Origin: Bacteroidales bacterium
Lineage (GTDB): Bacteria > Bacteroidota > Bacteroidia > Bacteroidales > CAIWKO01
Length of the DNA stretch: 64,000 nt
Assembly: GCA_035389045.1 (NCBI GenBank)
Contig: DAOORA010000003.1
Location: 62,001-126,000 of the forward strand
Direction of reading: 5' to 3'
Shown here: piece after piece, positions 10,415 through 18,092 of the stretch
Layout of the letters: every line of letters begins with the position of its first letter
Position numbering within the stretch: position 1 is the stretch's first letter
Made by a program: the position numbers and the translations under genes
Notes under the pieces: model-generated
Told to the model about the DNA's origin: nothing
The model's database searches: none
Seen by the model: the letters and a program-made list of their open reading frames with translations, nothing else

Positions 10415-10453
10415 GTTATGAAAAAATTAAGCCAGCATTAAGATTGTATTAAG
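10415..10453 (+). promoter_or_regulatory. 11-bp-period direct repeats (OmpR/PhoB-type operator candidate)
   Basis: gttatg(10415), attaag(10426), attaag(10437), attaag(10448), upstream of the porin gene. Confidence 0.5.
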
Positions 10454-10524
10454 TTTTTGAAATACAGGCAGTATTAATGTTTAATGTGTTTTTTTTGTAT
10501 CCGAAAGCATAAAAAAGTTCAAAG

Positions 10525-11514
10525 GTGAAAAAAACAGTGCTGACAATTATTGGTTTTTTTATGTTATCGTCAGGTGCCGGCCTGTTGGCTCAAACAGATA
10601 CTGCAAGCTTGTTGAAAAGGTGGCTGCCCAATATAACAGGCGTTATCAGGGCAAAATACGAACAAAACACCAGCAATGGGAAAGGCCGGTTTGATGTGCG
10701 GAATGCTCGTTTTGGCATGCAGGGAAATGCAGGGAAGCACTTCGGATATAAATTTGAAATAGATTTTTGCGACGAAGGCCAGATAAAAATGCTCGATGTT
10801 TACGCCAGTTTTATTCCAGTAAAAAACCTAACCTTGTCCCTGGGGCAGATGAAAGCGCCCTTCAGCACAGAATATCTGCTGAATCCTGCAAAATTTGAAT
10901 TTGCCAACCGTCCGTTCATTGACAAACGTATTTGCAAGGATCTCAGGGATATAGGCTTCAAAATCACTTACGATTATGACGGAAAGATACCTTATTCGGT
11001 TTCGGGGGTTGTAATGAACGGTACCGGAGTTAACAATCCCGAATGGACAACCCGGTTTGCTGCTGGCGGCAGGGCGGTCGTCGGGCCGTTTTATGGTATT
11101 ACCCTGCAGGCTAATTACGCAAAAGGAATCATCAGCGGCAAAAAAACGGAAATGCAGGATTACGGTATACGTTACGAGCATAAGGGTTTGGTGATAAACA
11201 CAGAGTATGCGCAGAAGACCATCGTGGATACTGCAAGCGCATATACTCAGAATAGTATGTTTGCCTACGTGCTCTATAATTTTCAGTTCAAGAAAGGAAT
11301 GATAAGAACATTGACGCCCGCCGTCCGCTATGATTTTTATTCGGGAAACATTAAATCGGGGATATATGAGCCGCACAGGATCACCGCCGGCCTGACAATG
11401 GGCTTTCACAAGCTCTCTTATGCTTATATACGCTTCAACTACGAAAAATATTTTTATCAGGTATCTGAAGGCCGGGATGACAAATTTACCGTGGAGTTTA
11501 CGGTTCGTTTTTAA
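10525..11514 (+). CDS. Outer-membrane porin, phosphate-selective porin O/P-like
   Basis: Signal peptide, RFDVRNARFG...YKFEIDF...LDVY...GQMKAPFS pattern, amphipathic beta strands, C-terminal Phe. Confidence 0.8.
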   Translation: MKKTVLTIIGFFMLSSGAGLLAQTDTASLLKRWLPNITGVIRAKYEQNTSNGKGRFDVRNARFGMQGNAGKHFGYKFEIDFCDEGQIKMLDVYASFIPVKNLTLSLGQMKAPFSTEYLLNPAKFEFANRPFIDKRICKDLRDIGFKITYDYDGKIPYSVSGVVMNGTGVNNPEWTTRFAAGGRAVVGPFYGITLQANYAKGIISGKKTEMQDYGIRYEHKGLVINTEYAQKTIVDTASAYTQNSMFAYVLYNFQFKKGMIRTLTPAVRYDFYSGNIKSGIYEPHRITAGLTMGFHKLSYAYIRFNYEKYFYQVSEGRDDKFTVEFTVRF

Positions 11515-11656
11515 GAAAAAAATCGCGTAATAATATTATATCCATGGTTTTGACAGAATCAGGAAGGCCTTTTACTTTGCTTAAAGGCAAAACGATATCA
11601 ACAATTGTTAATAAAATGCGTTTATTTCTTGTTAATAACTTTTTTTTAAAAAACAC

Positions 11657-11688
11657 TTGACTTTTGTGGGTTGTTTTTTGTATTTTTG
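11657..11688 (+). promoter_or_regulatory. Bacteroidota housekeeping promoter (-33/-7) with no downstream protein gene
   Basis: TTG(A) at 11657 and TATTTTTG at 11681-11688, 21-nt spacer. Confidence 0.6.
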
Positions 11689-11773
11689 TTTTCTCAGGTG
11701 AGCGATAATGCGCCGGCTTGAAAAAGCAAGTTCTTTTAATGGCTGTATTTTTAAAAGGGAGTTTATTGATGTG

Positions 11774-11948
11774 CGTTTTCCGGGCAGATGGTCTGTATGG
11801 ATCATTTACAGAAAGGAAACATCTTAGCTGATGAGTATATCGTGCTGCCGGAATAGAAATATGATCAATAAAGGTAACCCGAACCGCAAGGAACAGGCGA
11901 ACTAACCGTAATCTGACATGGAACGGCAGTTACGACGGCCGGGAAGTG
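11774..11948 (+). ncRNA. Candidate structured non-coding RNA (~175 nt), family not recognised
   Basis: Closing stem cgttttccgg/ccgggaagtg; hairpin agatggtc/gatcattt; long stem cgtgctgccg/cggcagttacg capped by cc-GCAA-gg; flanked by a promoter and a terminator. Confidence 0.55.
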
Positions 11949-11990
11949 AATGGGGAACAAGCGAACAAGTTTGTTCCCCATTGTGTTTTT
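11949..11990 (+). terminator. Intrinsic terminator
   Basis: aatggggaacaagc-gaacaa-gtttgttccccatt, 14-bp stem, followed by gtgttttt. Confidence 0.75.
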
Positions 11991-12103
11991 ATAAGGGGGA
12001 TAAAAAATAATCATAGATTTAAGGATCAATCGGAAAAGTTGAGGACTTGTTTTTTATCTATAAATTAACCTGCAAGCCAAAGGCGGACGAAAGAACGGTT
12101 TTT

Positions 12104-13003
12104 TTATTCAATCTTTTTTTTGAAACAATCACGGACAGCTTGAATAAAAGCCTTGGTTGCTTCAGTTTGATATTTATCCTTTTTCCATATCATGTACAAC
12201 TTAGTATTAAATGCAGGACCTTTCCACTTTAAACTTTTTAGGGTTCCGTCTGATAGTTCCCTTTCAACAGCAATTCCAGGTAATAAACCAATACCCATAC
12301 ACCCGGTTAGCAACATCTTTTTTAGTGTTTCGGGATTGTTAACTTCTATTGTTCTCCTTAATTTTACATTAGCTTCAATAAGCATTTTCTCAAAAATCAT
12401 ACGGTAACTGCAATCAGATTTTGATAACAACAGTGTTTTATCGTTAAAATCGCTGATGGCAATTGCCTTATTGTTAAATATATCATCATGCGGGTTTGCA
12501 ACAAAAGTCAGTTCCACTTTGGTTAATTCTTCAACATATAAAAGTTTTTCACTGAAATTATCAGAAAAAAGAAACGCCAGATCGATTACCCCTGCATTAA
12601 AAATATCATAGACATTATACCCGACGCATCCGTCAAAGTCGAAACCAATATTGGGAAATTTTAATAGGAATTCATTGATAATTGGAGGTAAATACCAGGT
12701 GGCAACGGAATGTGGTGTTTTTATGATAAGAGTTCCTATTGTTTTATCCAAATATTTAAAACTACTATGGATTTCGTTTTCAAGATTAATTAAACGTTGA
12801 GTATATTTAAGCAACTTCACCCCTGATGGAGTCAGGGAAATTTTATTCCCCGACCTGATAAACAATGTTTCTCCCAAACTGTTTTCCAAAGACTGAATTT
12901 GTGAAGAAACGGTTGATTGTGCATAATTCAAAACATTAGCAGCCTTATTGAAACTTAACAAGTTGGCTACTACCTGGAATGTCTTTAATTCTCTGAACTC
13001 CAT
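12104..13003 (-). CDS. LysR-family transcriptional regulator
   Basis: HTH SFNKAANVLNYAQSTVSSQIQSLENSLGETLFIR; 299 aa. Confidence 0.95.
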   Translation of the reverse strand: MEFRELKTFQVVANLLSFNKAANVLNYAQSTVSSQIQSLENSLGETLFIRSGNKISLTPSGVKLLKYTQRLINLENEIHSSFKYLDKTIGTLIIKTPHSVATWYLPPIINEFLLKFPNIGFDFDGCVGYNVYDIFNAGVIDLAFLFSDNFSEKLLYVEELTKVELTFVANPHDDIFNNKAIAISDFNDKTLLLSKSDCSYRMIFEKMLIEANVKLRRTIEVNNPETLKKMLLTGCMGIGLLPGIAVERELSDGTLKSLKWKGPAFNTKLYMIWKKDKYQTEATKAFIQAVRDCFKKKIE

Positions 13004-13007
13004 TGTT

Positions 13008-13022
13008 ATCTGATTTAACGAT
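13008..13022. promoter_or_regulatory. LysR recognition box (ATC-N9-GAT, T-N11-A type)
   Basis: atc-tgatttaac-gat between the divergent lysR and rhodanese genes; a second atc half-site at 13030. Confidence 0.65.
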
Positions 13023-13141
13023 TTAGACTATCGAAAAATATCGTTTTGATTCAATTTTCCGATTAGCTTACTTTGCAAAAGTAATTAAAATCATATCCTT
13101 TTTGTTTCCCGAAGATTAATAGTCAACTAAAATTGAAAAAA

Positions 13142-13678
13142 ATGAAAAGAATAACTGTTTTCTTGTTTACCTTGCAAATTGCAATGGAATTGTGCTATTC
13201 ACAAAACAATGCGGTTACCGTTCCCGATACAGCACAGGCGCTTATGACCATTCAGCAGCTTATAAAAGATGCTCGTGATGGGGTGGATTTTATAAGTAAC
13301 GAAGATCTGATACAACGCATTGATGCGAATCCGAAACTTATTTTAATTGATGTACGTGGTAAAGAAGAATATGATGCAGGACATTTTAAGGGAGCAACAT
13401 GGTTAGAAAGAGGTATTGTAGAATTTACATTGGCCCGTACTTTACGAGACCCCAATGCAGAAATAATTGTCTATTGTTTAAAGGGAAACCGTTCGGCGTT
13501 AGTAGTTAAAAACCTGAAAAAAATGGGGTACAAAAATGTTAAATCCCATATAGGTCTTGAATATTGGGTTAATGCAGGCCTTCCTGTTTATAATTTTTTA
13601 GGAGAAATAAAAAATCTAAAATTGAGAGCGCTTAATGCAGCTACCAATCCTGTTGAATTTTATTTAGATAAGAAATAA
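13142..13678 (+). CDS. Exported rhodanese-domain protein (sulfurtransferase)
   Basis: LIDVRGKEEYDAGHFKGA, active-site loop YCLKGNRS, signal peptide. Confidence 0.88.
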   Translation: MKRITVFLFTLQIAMELCYSQNNAVTVPDTAQALMTIQQLIKDARDGVDFISNEDLIQRIDANPKLILIDVRGKEEYDAGHFKGATWLERGIVEFTLARTLRDPNAEIIVYCLKGNRSALVVKNLKKMGYKNVKSHIGLEYWVNAGLPVYNFLGEIKNLKLRALNAATNPVEFYLDKK

Positions 13679-14061
13679 AAATGACAATTGCTAACACATA
13701 GAGCGATACCTGAAAAGCCTCTGGCCAAAAAGACCGAAAGAAGCACCACCCTTCGGTTTTTTTCTATTCCGCCAAACCGGCGGTTTCATGCCCCCATCAT
13801 TACTATTTTGAGCGTAGAGAATAACATAGCCGGTTTATTGATAGCCTTTTGTTGCTGAACTATACTGAAAGAAAGCGACATGTTGCTAGTTGTGGTTTTT
13901 TTCACCAATGGATCGGGCATGTTTAACAGAATATTAAAAATTATAATTTTTTTAATAATTTGATAAATAATGTATATATTGCGGGGCGAAAAGCAGCTAA
14001 CGATCGTTCATTGGCAATATGGCTCAAATTAAATAATACGAACCTCCCATAAAAAATCAAG

Positions 14062-15318
14062 ATGAAATACAAATCATTATTACTTGCAATTTCAATTTCG
14101 ATTATTGCAGTGAATTCGATAGCGCAGGTAACCGGTACTTTTACCGATTCCCGTGACGGAAAAGTGTATAAAACAATTACCATTGGCACCCAGACATGGA
14201 TGGCTGAAAACCTTGCCTACAAATCCCCAACAGGGTGTTTGGCTTATGATAACAGTATGGCAAATGTGAATCAGTATGGTTACCTTTACAATTGGGATGT
14301 TGCAAATAAAATGTGCCCGGCAGGCTGGCATCTGCCAGGCAAAGCCGAATGGTTGATATTAATAAATTATTTAGGAGGGACAGCGGCTGCACAGAGCCAA
14401 TTACTGGCACAAAATAGTAACGGGTTTTCTGCAAAAACGGGAGGACAGGCCATGGGGGGCGAGGATTTTATGTATTTGGATAGTAATGGGTATTGGTGGA
14501 GTTCAACAGAAAATGATGATGGCGATTTAGCATTTCGTATTGCAATGGGGGTAAAAATGTTAGAAATTAGCTTGTTTGAGCAAGATAAAGATGATGCGTA
14601 TTCTGTCCGTTGTATTAAAGATAAAAATGATGAGCCTACCGGCTTTCTTAATCAAAATATTGCAGATACAACAAAGCCAACTGTTGTGGAAAAAGTTCAG
14701 CAAAACAATGTCACTGCGGCTGATATTACCGAAAAAACCTTTACTGATATCCGCGACGGCAATGTTTATCACACTGTAAAAATAGGCACACAAGTATGGA
14801 TGACGAATAATTTAATGACCACCAAATATAATGACGGCACCCCTATAACATTAATAACTGATAATTCATCATGGCAAAACGCTACCGGGGGAGCTTATTC
14901 CTGGTATAATAACAAGGAAACCAATAAAGCTACTTATGGCGCATTATACAATTGGTATGCGGTAAACACGAATAAACTCTGCCCAATCGGATGGCATGTG
15001 CCCTCACAAAAAGACATTCATCTTCTTCTTATGGCACTCGGCAGTCAAGGCGGCGATAAACTAAAAGAAGCCGGCAAAAAGCATTGGTTAAGCGAAAACG
15101 CAGGCAACAATAGCAGCGGATTTACTGCCCTTCCCGGAGGTAGTCGCAGCTGGAGTGGAGAATTCTCCAATCTTCAGAAAATTGGCAATTGGTGGAGCTC
15201 TACTGAACAAAAAGAAAAGGTAGCCTATTCGCTGTACTTATATTACTCAAAAAGTGAAGCGGAAAATAGCACAGGTGGTAAAACCGAGGGAATGTCAGTA
15301 CGTTGTATAAAAGATTAA
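14062..15318 (+). CDS. Exported protein with two tandem FISUMP (Fibrobacter succinogenes major paralogous) domains
   Basis: Two copies of FTD.RDG.VY.T..IGTQ.WM..NL / YG.LYNW / CP.GWH.P / WWSSTE / SVRCIKD. Confidence 0.9.
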   Translation: MKYKSLLLAISISIIAVNSIAQVTGTFTDSRDGKVYKTITIGTQTWMAENLAYKSPTGCLAYDNSMANVNQYGYLYNWDVANKMCPAGWHLPGKAEWLILINYLGGTAAAQSQLLAQNSNGFSAKTGGQAMGGEDFMYLDSNGYWWSSTENDDGDLAFRIAMGVKMLEISLFEQDKDDAYSVRCIKDKNDEPTGFLNQNIADTTKPTVVEKVQQNNVTAADITEKTFTDIRDGNVYHTVKIGTQVWMTNNLMTTKYNDGTPITLITDNSSWQNATGGAYSWYNNKETNKATYGALYNWYAVNTNKLCPIGWHVPSQKDIHLLLMALGSQGGDKLKEAGKKHWLSENAGNNSSGFTALPGGSRSWSGEFSNLQKIGNWWSSTEQKEKVAYSLYLYYSKSEAENSTGGKTEGMSVRCIKD

Positions 15319-15435
15319 CCAACAAAACGCTGACTGCGTGAATGCATTATTAAAAAAGCAGCAGCATGCAACCCTTTATGGGTTTGTTTAAAAAAAGAAA
15401 AAACCTGTCGCCGGAGGAGCGGGCAACTTATTTGT

Positions 15436-15720
15436 TTACAATAATTTACCGGCAAAAAAAGCAGACATTAATGGGCTTGTGTGGTGCGGGTTTGCAAAAA
15501 CCTTCTTTATTATTAAGTTATCATTTAAAATAATATGTATAAAATACAAGCCGTCCGGGTGTGCTGTTAAATCAAAAGTGGTGTTTGCAGCGGTGATTTT
15601 ATCTGACAACACGGGCTGTCCCAAAGTGTTATCAATGCACAGGTCTGCATTGGGGATATTGGTAACAGAAAACACCACGCTTGAGGGATTGGGATAAACG
15701 ATGATGTCTTTTTTATCAGG
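15436..15720 (-). pseudogene. Orphan T9SS type-A C-terminal sorting domain remnant
   Basis: Frame reads PDKKDIIVYPNPSSVVFSV...DNTLGQPVL...FDLTAHPDGLYFIHI...IKKV, but has an in-frame stop just upstream and no start codon before YPNP. Confidence 0.6.
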
Positions 15721-16438
15721 ATATCAAATCTCTTATAACCACCGACGCACAGTAGCATCCAAATACCACCGGCATATAAGAAATAGTTCCGGCCATAGAT
15801 TTTTTATTGTTTACCGAATTCAAAAATACCACTGATTCTTTCATGGGAGGTTCGGTTGAAAAAACTGCTTTAAAACCTGTTGTCACACCAAGCCGCCTCA
15901 GCCGCTTCCTGATGTCGAAAGCAAAGGTGCAGGTGTGCGTTTCGGAAATATCGGCGACACATATCTTCGAGGGGTCAAGTTTGGCGCCGGCGCCCATGGC
16001 GCTCACCACTTTTTGGTTGAATTTAAGCGCGTACAGCAGCATATAGGCTTTTGCTGAGAGCGAATCTATGGCATCAATGATATAATTGTAAGGATGGTCT
16101 AAAAGCTCGATCATGGGGTCTTCTTTCAGGTATTTGTCAACCCGCTTCAGTTGAATATCCGGATTGATGTCAAGCAAGCGTGCAGCCAGCGCTTCTGTTT
16201 TTTTAATTCCTTCGGTACTTTGTAAGGCGATGAGCTGGCGGTTGCGGTTCGAGGGCTGAATTACATCCGCATCAGCGATGGTAAGTTTCCCCACCCCCGC
16301 ACGGCAGAGCATTTCGGCAGCCGTGCTGCCCACACCACCGCAGCCCAGTACCAGGACATGTGCCTGTTTGAGTTTTAAAAGTTTTTCTTTGCCAATCAGG
16401 AGTTCGGTGCGGGTCAGCCAGTTTTCCGGTGTCGTCAT
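15716..16438 (-). CDS. tcdA: tRNA threonylcarbamoyladenosine dehydratase (ThiF family)
   Basis: VLGCGGVGS, SNRNRQLIAL, IIDAIDS, SAMGAGAKLDP, GTISYMPVVFG. Confidence 0.9.
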   Translation of the reverse strand: MTTPENWLTRTELLIGKEKLLKLKQAHVLVLGCGGVGSTAAEMLCRAGVGKLTIADADVIQPSNRNRQLIALQSTEGIKKTEALAARLLDINPDIQLKRVDKYLKEDPMIELLDHPYNYIIDAIDSLSAKAYMLLYALKFNQKVVSAMGAGAKLDPSKICVADISETHTCTFAFDIRKRLRRLGVTTGFKAVFSTEPPMKESVVFLNSVNNKKSMAGTISYMPVVFGCYCASVVIRDLIS

Positions 16439-16452
16439 TGGAATGGAATATA

Positions 16453-17976
16453 TTAACCAAGTCTCCTAATGCCGGTTTCGATACGCCGCAGTGTTTCTTC
16501 TTTGCCAATCATTTCGAGTATAATTCCCATATCTGTTCCCATAGCCGCCCCAACAATGATGACACGCAAGGCATTCATGATCTGGCCCGTATTATATTGT
16601 TTTTCAGTAATGTGATTCATTAACTGCTGTTTGATGGCCGATGCATTCCACGAATCACATTCTTTGATCACACAGGTAATTTCTTTCATTTTTTCAGCCG
16701 AATCAGCTTTCCATCTGTCTTTTACCGATTTGGCATCGTATTCGGCCGGTGCCGAAAAAAAATAATAGGACTGCGTCCAGAGTTCATGGATGAAATTAAT
16801 TCTTTCCTTTACCAGTGAACATATCCTTGCTACATGCGAAAGTGCTGCATCAATATTTTTTGCTTTCAGTTCGGGCAGAAACAGCAGGGCAAGTTCTTCA
16901 TTGGTTTTAGTTTGCAGATACTGGTGATTAAACCATTTTGCTTTTTCCGGGCTGAATTTAGAACCCGATTTTCCCACACGTTCTAATGAAAAAGTTGCAA
17001 TAAGTTCGTCCATTGAAAACACTTCCTGTTCGGTGCCGGGGTTCCAGCCCAGCAATGCCAGCATATTTACGACAGCTTCGGGCAGATAACCCGATTCGCG
17101 GTAACCTGATGAAATCTCGCCGGTTTTTGAGTCTGTCCATCGCAGCGGAAAAACAGGAAATCCCAGCCTGTCGCTATCGCGCTTGCTGAGTTTTCCGTTC
17201 CCGTCGGGTTTCAGCAACAGGGGCAAATGAGCAAACAGGGGCATTTCGCTTTCCCAGCCAAGATAACGGTACAGCAACACATGCAAAGGAGCGGATGGCA
17301 ACCATTCTTCTCCGCGTATCACATGCGAAATTTCCATCAGGTGATCGTCCACCACATTGGCAAGATGATAGGTGGGTAACCCATCGGATTTAAAAATCAC
17401 CTTGTCATCAAGAAGGGAAGAATCAAAAATTACTTCTCCGCGGATCAGGTCTTTTATGATAATTTGCTCGTTTTCAGGAATTTTTAAACGTATGGCATAG
17501 GGGGCTCCCGACTCAATAAGCTCTTTTGTCCTTGATTCAGAAAGAGTTAGAGAGTTGTTTAAATGAATGCGGTTTTTCTGATCGTACTGGAACGTCTTTT
17601 TTTCTGCCTCATGACTTTTACGCAGTTTGTCGAGTTCTTCGGCCGAATCAAACGCATAATAGGCAAATCCGTTATCAATTAAATGTTGGGCGTATTGTTT
17701 GTATATATTTTTGCGCTCGGATTGCCGGTATGGAGCATGAGGCCCACCGGCTCCAACGCCTTCATTATATGCTATGCCGCACCATCTCAGCGATTCAATA
17801 ATATACTCTTCAGCGCCATGCACCAGGCGAAGCTGATCGGTATCTTCGATACGGAGTATCATATCTCCATTGTGTCTTTTGGCAAAAAGATAATTATACA
17901 GCGCTGTGCGAACCCCCCCTATATGCAAAGGCCCCGTAGGACTTGGAGCAAAACGCACCCTGACCTTGTTTTTCAT
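16453..17976 (-). CDS. gltX: Glutamate--tRNA ligase
   Basis: [33 protein letters not shown]. Confidence 0.97.
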   Translation of the reverse strand: MKNKVRVRFAPSPTGPLHIGGVRTALYNYLFAKRHNGDMILRIEDTDQLRLVHGAEEYIIESLRWCGIAYNEGVGAGGPHAPYRQSERKNIYKQYAQHLIDNGFAYYAFDSAEELDKLRKSHEAEKKTFQYDQKNRIHLNNSLTLSESRTKELIESGAPYAIRLKIPENEQIIIKDLIRGEVIFDSSLLDDKVIFKSDGLPTYHLANVVDDHLMEISHVIRGEEWLPSAPLHVLLYRYLGWESEMPLFAHLPLLLKPDGNGKLSKRDSDRLGFPVFPLRWTDSKTGEISSGYRESGYLPEAVVNMLALLGWNPGTEQEVFSMDELIATFSLERVGKSGSKFSPEKAKWFNHQYLQTKTNEELALLFLPELKAKNIDAALSHVARICSLVKERINFIHELWTQSYYFFSAPAEYDAKSVKDRWKADSAEKMKEITCVIKECDSWNASAIKQQLMNHITEKQYNTGQIMNALRVIIVGAAMGTDMGIILEMIGKEETLRRIETGIRRLG

Positions 17977-18092
17977 TGTTCTATTTTTTTGCAAAATTAT
18001 TGTATTTTAGTTATGAGGAATTAATTGTTGTCTAATAATGATTAAAAAGCAAATAATTATCATAAATTTGCAGTAATCAACTATAAAACGTT

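Noticed and set aside
10282..10420. T-box or riboswitch upstream of ileS
   Set aside because: The leader between the -7 box and the start is only about 30 nt and has no T-box motif.
11708..11827. 39-aa ORF MRRLEKASSF...
   Set aside because: No good initiation context, no recognisable protein features, and it overlaps the structured RNA candidate.
11800..11867. Hammerhead-like core (CTGATGAG at 11828, GAAA at 11811/11816/11856)
   Set aside because: No permutation gives a G10.1-C11.1 closed stem II and a proper stem I; the alternative long-stem fold explains the region better.
11771..11948. Group II intron 5' end (GTGCG...ccgggaag)
   Set aside because: Far too short; no domain V/VI and no RT ORF.
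13679..14030. attC-like integron sites (tgctaac at ~13689, agctaac...gttcattggc at ~13995)
   Set aside because: Only fragments of R boxes; no complete paired attC structure and no integrase.
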